Origin: Antedon mediterranea
Lineage: Eukaryota > Animalia > Echinodermata
Reading direction: 5' to 3'
Assembly: GCF_964355755.1 (NCBI RefSeq)
Contig: NC_092678.1
Location: forward strand, 9,378,422-9,442,421
DNA: 64,000 nucleotides
Shown: positions 50,138 through 64,000 of the stretch, one piece after another
Numbering within the stretch: position 1 is the first letter of the stretch
Layout of the letters: each line of letters opens with the position of its first letter
Notes under the pieces: generated by a model
What the model was told of the DNA's origin: nothing
Databases searched by the model: none
The model's input: the letters and a program-made list of their open reading frames with translations, nothing else
Made by a program: the position numbers and the translations under genes

Positions 50138-50749
50138 TGTCATATAATGTTGCGTTGTTGAGGTACTAATGAATACTCTTACTCGCTTGACTGTCGTAAC
50201 ACATATATTGTTTATTCAGTATAATACTTCAGTACAATATACAACTATAAGTATAGATAAGGAACGGAGGATCAATGATGCTGTCGGTGAGGTGTGAAGT
50301 GTGTTAGTCTGCTTCTGAAGAAGTGGCTGTAAGGTGTGTGCTCCGTGACATGGCTGTAAGGTGTGTCTGAGCCCTTCTGAAACTTGGGAGTATATTGGCC
50401 CTCGGTTCATTTGCATATGTCACTACGTAATCTATGAGGGTAACGATTGGTCCTAAGTTGATCCAGGGGTGTTTAAGTGGGAGTGATTGATCTTATCTGG
50501 GGAGGTTACAATGATGAATTGGCCCTGTCGAATCTCTGCTTAAAACTGTCAATATCTAATTGTTTTACGATGGGAACAGTCGCAAAGTTAAGCTAAGTGT
50601 TTTCTTTAGGGATTCTATTATAAACTAAATGGTCATTAAAACATCTGGACAAACTCTCCTCTGGACTTTCTGGGTCAAGTTTGTGAACCTATTTGAATTC
50701 CGATACAAAGGTCAATTTCTTAAATATAAAAGTATATCGTTATATTACA
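50138..50749 (-). repeat. 5' LTR of the gypsy element (612 bp)
   Basis: TGTAATATAA...TTATATGACA inverted termini, AATAAA at 50211-50216 (minus), adjacent PBS, sharp junction to the satellite at 50750. Confidence 0.88.
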
Positions 50750-50970
50750 CTATCTCTCTCTCGCTGATCTATCTCTCTCTCTAGCTGATCTATCTCTCTC
50801 TCTCGCTGATCTTTCTCCCTCTCGCTGATCTATCTCTCTCTCGCTGATCTATTTCTCTCTCGCTGATCTATCTCTCTCTCGCTGATCTCTCTCTCTCGCG
50901 GATCTCTCTCTCTCTTGCTGATCTCTCTCTCGCTGATCTCTATCTCTCTCTAGCTGATCTCTCTCTCGCT

Positions 50971-51047
<77 letters not shown>

Positions 51048-53975
51048 TCTCTCTCTTTCGCTGATCTCTCTCTCGCTGATCTCTCTCTCTCGCTGATCTC
51101 TTTCTCGCTGATCTATCTCTCTCTCGCTGATCTCTCTCTCTCTCTCTCGCTGATCTCTCTCTCGCTGATCTATCTCTCTCGCTTATCTCTCTCTCTCTCT
51201 CTCTCACTGATCTCTCTCTCTCGCTGATCTCTCTCTCGCTGATCTCTCTCTCTCTCTCTCTCTCTCTCTATCGCTGATCTCTCTCTCTCATTGATCTCTC
51301 TTTCTCTCTCTGATCTCTCTCTCGCTGATCTCTCTCTCTCACTGATCTCTCTTGCTGATCTCTCTCTCTTTTGCTGATCTCTCTCTCTCGCTGATCTCTC
51401 TCTCTCACTGATCTCTCTCTCGCTGATCTCTCTCTCTCTCGCTGATCTCTCTCTCTCTCGCTGATCTCTCTCTCTCTCGCTTATCTCTCTCTCTTTCTCT
51501 CGCTGATCTCTCTCTCGCTGATCTCTCTCTTTCGCTGATCCCTCTCTTTCTCGCTGATCTCTCTCTCGCTGATCTCTCTCTCTCGCTGATCTCTATCTCA
51601 CTGATCTCTCTCTCTCGCTGATCTTTATCTCGCTGATCTCTCTCTCTCTCTCGCTGGTCTCTCTCTCTCTCGCTGATCTCTCTCTCGCTGATCTCTCTCT
51701 CTCTCCCCCTCTCTCTCTCGCTGATCTCTCTTTTGCTGGTCTCTCTTTCTCGCTGATCTCTCTCTTTCTAGCTGATTTCTCTCTCGCTGATCTCTATCTC
51801 GCTGATCGATCTCTCTCTCGGTGATCTTTATCTCGCTGATCTCTCTCTCTCGCTGGTCTCTCTCTCTTTCTCGCTGGTCTCTCTCTCTCTCGCTGATCTC
51901 TCTCACTGATCTCTCTTTCTCTCTCTGATCTCTCTCTCGCTGATCTCTCTCTCGCTGATCTCTTTCCTTTTAGCTGATCTCTCTCTCTCTCTCTCTGATC
52001 ACTCTCTCACTGATCTCTCTCTCTTTCTCTCGCTGATCTCTCTATCGCTAATCTCTCTCTCGCTGATCTCTCTCTCTCGCTGATCTCTCTCTCTCACTGA
52101 TCTCTCTCTCGCTGATCTCTCTCTCTCTCTCTGATCTCTCTCTCGCTGATCTCTCTCTTTCGCTGATCCCTCTCTTTCTCGCTGATCTCTCTCTCGCTGA
52201 TCTCTCTCTCTCTCTCTCTCGCTGATCTCTATCTCGCTGATCTCTCTCTCTCTCTCTCGCTGAACTTTATCTCGCTGATCTCTCTCTCTTTCGCTGGTCT
52301 CTCTCTCTCTCTGATCTCTCTCTCGCTGATCTCTCTCTCTCTCTCTCTCTATCTCGCTGATCTCTCTTTCGCTGATCTCTCTATCTCTCGCTGATCTCGC
52401 TCTCGCTGATCTATCTCTCTCGCTGATCTACCTATCTCTCTCTCGCTGATCTATCTCTCTCTCGCTGATCTATCTCTCTCTCTCGCTGATCTATCTCTCA
52501 TTCTTTCGCTGATCTATCTCTCTCTCGCTGTTCTATCTCTCTCTCTCGCTGATCTATCTCTCTCTCGCTGATCTATCTCTCTCTCTCGCTGATCTATCTC
52601 TCTCTCGCTGATCTAACTCTCTCTTTCTGAACTATCTCTCTCTCGCTGATCTATCTCTTTCTCGCTGATCTATCTCTCTCTCGCTGATCTATCTCTCTCT
52701 CGCTGATCTATCTCTCTCTCGCTGATCTATCTCTTTCGCTGATCTATCTATCTCTCGCTGATCTCTCTCTCGCTGATCTATCTCTCTCTCGCTGATCTCT
52801 CTCTCTCTCTCTCGCTGATCTCTCTCTCGCTGATCTATCTCTCTCGCTGATCTCTCTCTCTCTCTCTCACTGATCTCTCTCTCGCTGATCTCTCTCTCGC
52901 TGATCTCTCTCTCTCATTCTCTCTCTCTATCGCTGATCTCTCTCTCTCACTGATCTCTCTTTCTCTCTCTGATCTCTCTCTCGCTGATCTCTCTCTCTCG
53001 CTTATCTCTCTCTCTCGCTGATCTCTCTTGCTGATCTCTCTCTCTCTTGCTGATCTCTCTCTCTCTCGCTGATCTCTCTCTCTCACTGATCTCTCTCTCG
53101 CTGATCTCTCTCTCTCTCTCGCTGATCTCTCTCTCTCTCGCTTATCTCTCTCTCTTTCTCTCGCTGATCTCTCTCTCGCTGATCTCTCTCTTTCGCTGAT
53201 CCCTCTCTTTCTCGCTGATCTCCCTCTCGCTGATCTCTCTCTCTCGCTGATCTCTATCTCGCTGATCTCTCTCTCTCTCGCTGATCTTTATCTCGCTGAT
53301 CTCTCTCTCTCTCTCGCTGGTCTCTCTCTCTCTCTCTCGCTGATCTCTCTCTCGCTGATCTCTCTCTCTCTCCCCCTCTCTCTCTCGCTGATCTCTCTTT
53401 TGCTGGTCTCTCTTTCTCGCTGATCTCTCTCTTTCTAGCTGATCTCTCTCTCGCTGATCTCTATCTCGCTGATCGATCTCTCTCTCGGTGATCTTTATCT
53501 CGCTGATCTCTCTCTCTCGCTGGTCTCTCTCTCTCTCTCGCTGGTCTCTCTCTCTCTCGCTGATCTCTCTCACTGATCTCTCTTTCTCTCTCTGATCTCT
53601 CTCTCGCTGATCTCTCTCTCGCTGATCTCTTTCCTTTTAGCTGATCTCTCTCTCTCTCTCTCTGATCACTCTCTCACTGATCTCTCTCTCTTTCTCTCGC
53701 TGATCTCTCTATCGCTAATCTCTCTCTCGCTGATCTCTCTCTCTCACTGATCTCTCTCTCGCTGATCTCTCTCTCTCTCTGATCTCTCTCTCGCTGATCT
53801 CTCTCTTTCGCTGATCCCTCTCTTTCTCGCTGATCTCTCTCTCGCTGATCTCTCTCTCTCTCTCTCTCTCTCGCTGATCTCTATCTCGCTGATCTCTCTC
53901 TCTCGCTGAACTTTATCTCGCTGATCTCTCTCTCTTTCGCTGGTCTCTCTCTCTCTCTCTGATCTCTCTCTCGCT

Positions 53976-54012
<37 letters not shown>

Positions 54013-57000
54013 TCTCTCTTTCGCTGATCTCTCTATCTCTCGCTGATCTCGCTCTCGCTGATCTATCTCTCTCGCTGATCTACCTATCTCTCTCTCGCTG
54101 ATCTATCTCTCTCTCGCTGATCTATCTCTCTCTCTCGCTGATCTATCTCTCATTCTTTCGCTGATCTATCTCTCTCTCGCTGTTCTATCTCTCTCTCTCG
54201 CTGATCTATCTCTCTCTCGCTGATCTATCTCTCTCTCGCTGATCTATCTCTCTCTCGCTGATCTAACTCTCTCTTTCTGAACTATCTCTCTCTCGCTGAT
54301 CTATCTCTTTCTCGCTGATCTATCTCTCTCTCGCTGATCTATCTCTCTCTCGCTGATCTATCTCTCTCGCTGATCTATCTATCTCTCTTTCTCTCGCGGA
54401 TCTATCTCTCTCTCGCTGATCTATCTATCTCTCTCTCGCTGATCTAACTCTCTCTCTGAACTATCTCTCTCGCTGATCTATCTCTCTCACGCTGATCTAA
54501 CTCTCTCTCTGATCTATCTCTCTCTCTCGCTGATCTATCTCTCTCTTGCTGATCTATCTATCTCTCTCACGCTGATCTATCTCTCTCTCGCTGATCTATC
54601 TATATCTCTCTCGCCGATCTATCTATCTCTCTCTCGCTGATCTATCTCTCTCTCGCTGATCTATATCTCTCTAGCTGATCTATCTCTCTCTCTCGCTGAT
54701 CTATCTGTGTCTCGCTGATCTATGTCTCTCGCTGATCTATATCTCTCTCGCTGATCTATCTCTCTCTCGCTGATCTATCTGTGTCTCGCTGATCTATCTC
54801 TCTCTTGCTGATCTATCTCTCTTTCGCTGACCTATATCGCTCTCACTGATCTATCTCTCTCTCGCTGTTCTATCTCTCTCCCGCTGATCTATCTCTCTCT
54901 CGCTGATCTATCTCTCTCTCGCTGATCTATCTCTCTCGCTGATCTATCTACCTCTCTCTCTCTCTCGCTGATCTATCTCTCTCTCGCTGATCTATCTATC
55001 TCTCTCTCGCTGATCTATCTCTCTCTCTCGCTGATCTATCTATCTCTCTCACGCTGATCTATCTCTCTCTCGCTGATCTATCTATCTCTGTCTCGCTGAT
55101 CTATCTATCTCTCTCTCGCTGATCTATCTATCTCTCTCTCGCTGATCTATCTCTCTCGCTGATCTATCTCTCTCTCGCTGATCTATCTATCTCTCTCACG
55201 CTGATCTATCTCTCTCTCGCTGATCTATCTATCTCTGTCTCGCTGATCTATCTATCTCTCTCTCGCTGATCTATCTATCTCTCTCTCGCTGATCTATCTC
55301 TCTCTCGCTGATCTATCTATCTCTCTCGCTGATCTATCTCTTTCTCGCTGATCTATCTATCTCTCTCTCGCTGATCTATCTATCTCTCTCTCGCTGATCT
55401 ATCTCTCTCTCGCTGATCTATCTCTCTCTCGCTGATTTATCTATCTCTCTCTCGCTGATCTATCTCTCTCTCGCTGATCTATCTCTCTCTCGCTGATCTA
55501 TCTAACTCTCTCGCTGATCTATCTATCTCTCGCTGATCTATATCTCTCTCACTGATCTATCTCTCTCTCGCTTATCTATCTCTGTCTCGCTGATCTATCT
55601 CTCTCTCGCTGATCAATCTCTCTCTCGGTGATCTATCTCTCTCTCGCTGATCTATCTCTCTCTCGCTGATCTATCTCTCTCGCTGATCTATCTATCTCTC
55701 TTTCTTTCGCTGATCTATCTCTCTCTCGCTGATCTTTCTATCTCTCTCTCGCTGATCTAACTCTCTCTCGCTGATCTATCTCTCTCTCTCGCTGATCTAT
55801 CTATCTCTTTTTCTCTCGCTGATCTATCTCTCTCTCGCTGATCTATCTATCTATCTCTCGCTGATCTAACTCTCTCTCTGAACTATCTCTCTCGCTGATC
55901 TATCTCTCTCACGCTGATCTAACTCTCTCTCTGATCTATCTCTCTCTCTCGCTGATCTATCTCTCTCTTGCTGATCTATCTATCTCTCTCACGCTGATCT
56001 ATCTTTCTCTCGCTGATCTATCTCTCTCTCGCTGTTCTATCTCTCTCCCGCTGATCTATCTCTCTCTCGCTGATCTATCTCTCTCTCGCTGATCTATCTC
56101 TCTCGCTGATCTATCTACCTCTCTCTCTCGCTGACCTATCTCTCTCTCTCGCTGATCTATCTATCTCTCTCTCGCTGATCTATCTCTCTCTCGCTGATCT
56201 CTCTATCTCTCTCACGCTGATCTATCTCTCTCTCGCTGATATATCTATCTCTGTCTCGCTGATCTATCTATCTCTCTCTTGCTGATCTATCTATCTCTCT
56301 CTCGCTGATCTATCTCTCTCTCGCTGATCTATCTCTCTCTCGCTGATCTATCTATCTCTCTCACGCTGATCTATCTCTCTCTCGCTGATATATCTATTTC
56401 TGTCTCGCTGATCTATCTATCTCTCTCTTGCTGATCTATCTATCTCTCTCTCGCTGATCTATCTCTCTCTCGCTGATCTATCTCTCTCTCGCTGATCTAT
56501 CTATCTCTCTCACGCTGATCTATCTCTCTCTCGCTGATCTATCTATCTCTGTCTCGCTGATCTATCTATCTCTCTCTCGCTGATCTATCTATCTCTCTCT
56601 CGCTGATCTATCTATCTCTCTCTCGCTGATCTATCTCTCTCTCTCTCTCTGATCTATCTCTCTCTCGCTGATCTATCTCTCTCTCTCGCTGATCTATCTA
56701 TCTCTCTCGCTGATCTATCTCTTTCTCGCTGATCTATCTATCTCTCTCTCGCTGATCTATCTATCTCTCTCTCGCTGATCTATCTCTCTCTCGCTGATCT
56801 ATCTCTCTCTCGCTGATTTATCTATCTCTCTCTCGCTGATCTATCTCTCTCTCGCTGATCTATCTCTCTCTCGCTGATCTATCTAACTCTCTCGCTGATC
56901 TATCTATCTCTCGCTGATCTATATCTCTCTCACTGATCTATCTCTCTCTCGCTTTTCTATCTCTGTCTCGCTGATCTATCTCTCTCTCGCTGATCAATCT

Positions 57001-60000
57001 CTCTCTCGGTGATCTATCTCTCTCTCGCTGATCTATCTCTCTCTCGCTGATCTATCTCTCTCGCTGATCTATCTATCTCTCTTTCTTTCGCTGATCTATC
57101 TCTCTCTCGCTGATCTATCTATCTCTCTCTCGCTGATCTAACTCTCTCTCGCTGATCTATCTCTCTCTCTCGCTGATCTATCTATCTCTTTTTCTCTCGC
57201 TGATCTATCTCTCTCTCGCTGATCTATCTATCTCTCTCTCGCTGATCTAACTCTCTCTCTGAACTATCTCTCTCGCTGATCTATCTCTCTCACGCTGATC
57301 TAACTCTCTCTCTGATCTATCTCTCTCTCTCGCTGATCTATCTCTCTCTTGCTGATCTATCTATCTCTCTCACGCTGATCTATCTTTCTCTCGCTGATCT
57401 ATCTCTCTCTCGCTGTTCTATCTCTCTCCCGCTGATCTATCTCTCTCTCGCTGATCTATCTCTCTCTCGCTGATCTATCTCTCTCGCTGATCTATCTACC
57501 TCTCTCTCTCGCTGACCTATCTCTCTCTCTCGCTGATCTATCTATCTCTCTCTCGCTGATCTATCTCTCTCTCGCTGATCTATCTATCTCTCTCACGCTG
57601 ATCTATCTCTCTCTCGCTGATATATCTATCTCTGTCTCGCTGATCTATCTATCTCTCTCTTGCTGATCTATCTATCTCTCTCTCGCTGATCTATCTCTCT
57701 CTCGCTGATCTATCTCTCTCTCGCTGATCTATCTATCTCTCTCACGCTGATCTATCTCTCTCTCGCTGATATATCTATTTCTGTCTCGCTGATCTATCTA
57801 TCTCTCTCTTGCTGATCTATCTATCTCTCTCTCGCTGATCTATCTCTCTCTCGCTGATCTATCTCTCTCTCGCTGATCTATCTATCTCTCTCACGCTGAT
57901 CTATCTCTCTCTCGCTGATCTATCTATCTCTGTCTCACTGATCTATCTATCTCTCTCTCGCTGATCTATCTATCTCTCTCTCGCTGATCTATCTATCTCT
58001 CTCTCGCTGATCTATCTCTCTCTCTCTCTCTCTGATCTATCTCTCTCTCGCTGATCTATCTCTCTCTCGCTGATCTATATGTGTCTCGCTGATCTATCTC
58101 TTTCTCGCTTATCTATCTCTCTCTCGCTGATCTATCTATATCTCTCTCGCTGATCTATCTCCTTCTCGCTGATCTATCTATATCTCTCTCGCTGATCTAT
58201 CTCTCTCTCGCTGATCTATCTATCTCTCTCGCTGATCTATCTATCTCTCGCTGATCTATCTCTCTCTCGCTGATCTATATCTCTCGCTGATCTAATTATC
58301 TCTCTCTATCGCTGATCTATCTCTCTATCGCTGATCTATCTCTCTCTCGCTGATCTATCTCTATCTCGCTGATCTATCTATCTCTCTCTCGCTGATCTAT
58401 CTATCTCTCTCTCGCTGATCTATCTCTCTCGCTGATCTACCTATCTCTCTCTCGCTGATCTATATCTCTCGCTGATCTAATTATCTCTCTCTCTCGCTGA
58501 TCTATCTCTCTATCGCTGATCTATCTCTCTCTCGCTGATCTATCTCTATCTCGCTGATCTATCTATCTCTCTCTCGCTGATCTATCTATCTCTCTCTCGC
58601 TGATCTATCTCTCTCGCTGATCTACCTATCTCTCTCTCGCTGATCTATCTCTCTCTCTTTCGCTGATCTCTCTCTCTCTCGCTGATCTATCTCTCATTCT
58701 TTCGCTGATCTATCTCTCTCTCGCTGTTCTATCTCTCTCTCTCTCGCTGATTTATCTCTCTCTCGCTGATCTATCTCTCTCTCTCGCTGATCTATCTCTC
58801 TCTCGCTGATCTAACTCTCTCTCTCTGAACTATCTCTCTCTCGCTGATCTATCTCTTTCTCGCTGATCTATCTCTCTCTCGCTGATCTATCTCTCTCCCG
58901 CTGATCTATCTCTCTCTCGCTGATCTATCTCTCTCTCGCTGATCTATCTCTCTCGCTGATCTATCTATCTCTTTTTCTCTCGCTGATCTATCTCTCTCTC
59001 GCTGATCTATCTATCTCTCTCTCGCTGATCTAACTCTCTCTCTGAACTATCTCTCTCGCTGATCTATCTCTCTCACGCTGATCTAACTCTCTCTCTGATC
59101 TATCTCTCTCTCTTTCGCTGATCTATCTCTCTCTTGCTGATCTATCTATCTCTCTCACGCTGATCTATCTCTCTCTCGCTGATCTATCTATATCTCTCTC
59201 GCTGATCTATCTATCTCTCTCTCTCGCTGATCTATCTCTCTTTCTCGCTGATCTATATCTCTCTAGCTGATCTATCTCTCTCTCTCACTGATCTATCTGT
59301 GTCTCGCTGATCTATCTCTCTCGCTGATCTATATCTCTCTCGCTGATCTATATCTCTCGCTGATCTATCTGTGTCTCGCTGATCTATCTCTCTCTTGCTG
59401 ATCTATCTCTCTTTCGCTGATCTATATCTCTCTCACTGATCTATCTCTCTCTCGCTGTTCTATCTCTCTCCCGCTGATCTATCTCTCTCGCTGATCTATC
59501 TCTCTCTCGCTGATCTATCTCTCTCGCTGATCTATCTACCTCTCTCTCTCTTTCTCGCTGATCTATCCCTCTCTCGCTGATCTATCTCTCTCGCTGATCT
59601 ATCTATCTCTCTTTCTCTCGCTGATCTATCTCTCTCTCGCTGATCTATCTATCTCTCTCTCGCTGATCTAACTCTCTCTCTGAACTATCTCTCTCGCTGA
59701 TCTATCTCTCTCTCTCGCTGATCTATCTGTGTCTCGCTGATCTATCTCTCTCGCTGATCTATATCTCTATCGCTGATCTATCTCTCTTTCGCTGATCTAT
59801 CTGTGTCTCGCTGATCTATCTCTCTCTTGCTGATCTATCTCTCTTTCGCTGATCTATATCTCTCTCACTGATCTTTCTCTCTCTCGCTGTTCTATCTCTC
59901 TCCCGCTGATCTATCTCTCTCTCGCTGATCTATCTCTCTCTCGCTGATCTATCTCTCTCGCTGATCTATCTACCTCTCTCTCTCTCTCGCTGATCTATCT

Positions 60001-63000
60001 CTCTCTCGCTGATCTATCTATCTCTCTCTCGCTGATCTATCTATCTCTCTCATGCTGATCTATCTCTCTCTTGCTGATCTATCTATCTCTGTCTCGCTGA
60101 TCTATCTATCTCTCTCTGGCTGATCTATCTATCTCTCTCTCGCTGATCTATCTCTCTCTTGCTGATCTATATCTCTCTCGCTGATCTATCTATCTTTCTC
60201 ACGCTGATCTATCTCTCTCTCGCTGATCTATCTATCTCTGTCTCTCTGATCTATCTATCTCTCTCTCGCTGATCTATCTATCTCTCTCTCGCTGATCTAT
60301 CTCTCTCTCGCTGATCTATCTATCTCTCTCGCTGATATATCTCTCTCTCGCTGATCTATCTATCTCTCTCTCGCTGATCTATCTCTCTCTTGCTGATCTA
60401 TCTCTCTCTCGCTGATTTATCTATATCTCTCTCGCTGATCTATCTCTCTCTCGCTGATCTATCTCTCTCTCGCTGATCTATCTATCTCTCTCGCTGATCT
60501 ATCTATCTCTCGCTGATCTATATCTCTCTCACTGATCTATCTCTCTCTCTCGCTGATCTATCTCTCTCTCGCTGATCTATCTCTCTCTCGCTGATCAATC
60601 TTTCTCTCGGTGATCTATCTCTCTCTCGTTGATCAATCTCTCTCTCTCTCGCTGATCTATCTCTCATTCTTTCGCTGATCTATCTCTCTCTCGCTGTTCT
60701 ATCTCTCTCTCTCGCTGATCTATCTCTCTCTCGCTGATCTATCTCTCTTTCTCGCTGATCTATCTCTCTCTCGCTGATCTAACTCTCTCTCTCTGAACTA
60801 TCTCTCTCTCGCTGATCTATCTCTTTCTCGCTGATCTATCTCTCTCTCGCTGATCTATCTCTCTCCCGCTGATCTATCTCTCTCTCGCTGATCTATCTCT
60901 CTCTCGCTGATCTATCTCTCGCTGATCTATCTATCTCTCTTTCTCTCGCTGATCTATCTCTCTCTCGCTGATCTATCTATCTCTCTCTCGCTGATCTAAC
61001 TCTCTCTCTGAACTATCTCTCTCGCTGATCTATCTCTCTCACGCTGATCTAACTCTCTCTCTGATCTATCTCTCTCTCTCGCTGATCTATCTCTCTCTTG
61101 CTGATCTATCTATCTCTCTCACGCTGATCTATCTCTCTCTTGCTGATCTATCTATATCTCTCTCGCTGATCTATCTATCTCTCTCTCTCGCTGATCTATC
61201 TCTCTCTCGCTGATCTATATCTCTCTAGCTGATCTATCTCTCTCTCTCGCTGATCTATCTGTGTCTCGCTGATCTATCTCTCTCGCTGATCTATATCTTT
61301 CTCGCTGATCTATCTCTCTCTCGCTGATCTATCTGTGTCTCGCTGATCTATTTCTCTCTTGCTGATCTATCTCTCTTTCGCTGATCTATATCTCTCTCAC
61401 TGATCTATCTCTCTCTCGCTGTTCTATCTCTCTCCCGCTGATCTATCTCTCTCTCGCTGATCTATCTCTCTCTCGCTGATCTATCTCTCTCGCTGATCTA
61501 TCTACCTCTCTCTCTCTCTCGCTGATCTATCTCTCTCTCGCTGATCTATCTATCTCTCTCTCGCTGATCTATCTATCTCTCTCTCGCTGATCTATCTATC
61601 TCTGTCTCGCTGATCTATCTATCTCTCTCTTGCTGATCTATCTATCTCTCTCTCGCTGATCTATCTCTCTCTCGCTGATCTATCTATCTATCTTTCTCAC
61701 CCTGATCTATCTCTCTCTCGCTGATCTATCTATCTCTGTCTCGCTGATCTATCTATCTCTCTCTCGCTGATCTATCTATCTCTCTCTCGCTGATCTATCT
61801 CTCTCTCGCTGATCTATCTATCTCTCTCGCTGATCTATCTCTCTCTCGCTGATCTATCTATCTCTATCTCGCTGATCTATCTCTCTCTCGCTGATTTATC
61901 TATCTCTCTCTCGCTGATCTATCTCTCTCTCGCTGATCTATCTATCTCTCTCGCTGATCTATCTATCTCTCGCTGATCTATATCTCTCTCACTGATCTAT
62001 CTCTCTCTCGCTGATCTATCTCTCTCTCGCTGATCTATCTCTCTCTCGCTGATCAATCTCTCTCTCGGTGATCTATCTCTCTCTCGTTGATCAATCTCCC
62101 TCTCTCGCTGATCAATCTCTCTCTCTCTCACTGATCTATCTATCTCTCGCTGATCTTTATCTCGCTGATCTCTCTCTCTCGCTGGTCTCTCTCTCTCTCG
62201 CTGATCTCTCTCTCGCTGATCTCTCTCTCTCTCTCTCTCGCTGATCTCTCTTTCGCTGATCTCTCTATCTCTCGCTGATCTCTCTCTCTCTTTGATCTTT
62301 CTTTCTCTCACTGATCTATCTCTCTCTCGCGGATCTATATCTCTCTCACTGATCTATCTCTCTCTCGCTGATCTATCTATCTCTCTCTCGCTGATCTATC
62401 TCTCTCTCGCTGATTTATCTCTCTCTCGCTGATCTATCTATCTCTCTCGCTGATCTATCTCTCTCTCGCTGATCTATCTATCTCTCTCTCGCTGATCTAT
62501 CTCTCTCTCGCTGATCGATCTATCTATCTCTCTCTCGCTGATCTATATATCTCTCTCTCGCTTATCTATCTCTCTTTCGCTGATCTATCTCCCTCTCGCT
62601 GATCTATCTCTCTCTCGCTGATCTATCTATCTCTCTCTCGATGATCTATCTCTCTCGCTGATCTTTCTCTCGCTGATCTCTCTCTCTCTCTCTCTCTCTC
62701 GCTGATCTCTCTTTCGCTGATCTCTCTCTCTCTTTGATCTCTCTCTCTCTCTCTCACTGATCTATCTCTCTCTCGCTGATCTATATCTCTGTCATTGATC
62801 TATCTCTCTCTCGCTGATCTATCTATCTCTCTCTCGCTGATCTATCTCTCTCTCGCTGATTTATCTCTCTCTCGCTGATCTATCTATCTCTCTCGCTGAT
62901 CTATCTCTCTCTCGCTGATCTATCTATCTCTCTCTCGCTGATCTATCTCTCTCTCGCTGATCGATCTATCTATCTCTCTCTCGCTGATCTATATATCTCT

Positions 63001-64000
63001 CTCTCATTGATCTATCTCTCTCTCGCTGATCTATCTATCTCTCTCTCGCTGATCTATCTCTCTCTCGCTGATTTATCTCTCTCTCTCGCTGATCTATCTA
63101 TCTCTCTCGCTGATCTATCTCTCTCTCGCTGATCTATCTATCTCTCTCTCGCTGATCTATCTCTCTCTCGCTGATCGATCTATCTATCTCTCTCTCGCTG
63201 ATCTATATATCTCTCTCTCGCTGATCTATCTCTCTTTCGCTGATCTATCTCCCTCTCGCTGATCTATCTCTCTCGCTGATCTATCTATCTCTCTCTCGAT
63301 GATCTATCTCTCTCTCACTGATCTATCTCTCTCTCGCTGATCTATCTCTCTCTCGCTGATCTATCCCTTTCTCGCTGATCTATCCCTCCCTCGCTGATCT
63401 ATCTCTATCTCGCTGATCTATCCCTCTCTCACTGATCTATCTCTCTCTCGCTGATCTATCCCTCTCTCGCTGATCTATCCCTCTATCGCTGATCTATCTC
63501 TCTCTCGCTGATCTATCGCTCTCACGCTGATCTATCTCTCTCTCGCTGATCTATCGCTCTCTCGCTGATCTATCTCTCTCTCGCTGATCTATCTATCTCT
63601 CTCTCGCTGATCTCTCTCTTTCTCTCTCGCTGATCTATCTCTCTCTCGCTGATCTATCGCTCTCTCGCTGATCTATCTCTCTCTCGCTGATCTATCTATC
63701 TCTCTCTCGCTGATCTCTCTCTTTCTCTCTCGCTGATCTATCTCTCTCGCTGATCTATCTATCTCTCTCTCGATGATCTATCTCTCTCTCACTGATCTAT
63801 CTCTCTCTCGCTGATCTATCTCTCTCTCGCTGATCTATCCCTTTCTCGCTGATCTATCCCTCCCTCGCTGATCTATCTCTATCTCGCTGATCTATCCCTC
63901 TCTCACTGATCTATCTCTCTCTCGCTGATCTATCCCTCTCTCGCTCATCTATCCCTCTATCGCTGATCTATCTCTCTCTCGCTGATCTATCGCTCTCACG
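50750..64000 (-). repeat. GATCAGC(GA)n / GATAGATCAGC(GA)n array, inverted orientation, with kb-scale internal duplications
   Basis: (TC)nGCTGATC(TATC) units; duplicated blocks such as 55501 vs 56882 (~1.38 kb) and 51625-51906 vs ~53290-53573. Confidence 0.97.

Larger units (their letters stand above)
45956..50749 (-). mobile_element. Ty3/gypsy LTR retrotransposon, 3'-truncated (no integrase or 3' LTR)
   Basis: Order is LTR, PBS, UTR, gag, protease, RT, RNase H; it ends at the LINE fragment. Confidence 0.95.

Overview
Eukaryotic (animal, probably invertebrate), satellite-rich, heterochromatin-like DNA. Three tandem-repeat families fill most of the window: a GATCAGC(GA)n compound microsatellite (1-16.4 kb on +; 32.9-36.6 kb and 50.75-64 kb on -), an 87-bp satellite (16.7-23.4 kb) and a ~187-bp palindromic satellite (23.9-29.4 kb on +; 36.6-38.6 kb on -). 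Inserted elements are: a non-autonomous P-superfamily transposon (6741-9937) containing a nested MITE with a 9-bp TSD; four Helentron/DINE-like short elements; two LINE 3' fragments; a 5'-truncated CR1 LINE interrupting a spliced pseudogene; and a truncated Ty3/gypsy element with one LTR. The most interesting part is 38591-~45430. It breaks the satellite with an AGTAGT terminus like a Maverick/Polinton end. It carries an apparently intact, intron-containing gene that fuses two PC4/Sub1 ssDNA-binding domains to an ALKBH2-type dioxygenase, an upstream CxxC-PxQxxH protein gene and a decayed RING-like ORF. Nearly all R/E-rich and L/I/S-rich ORFs in the track are translations of satellite. All family calls come from motif recognition by eye; no searches were run.
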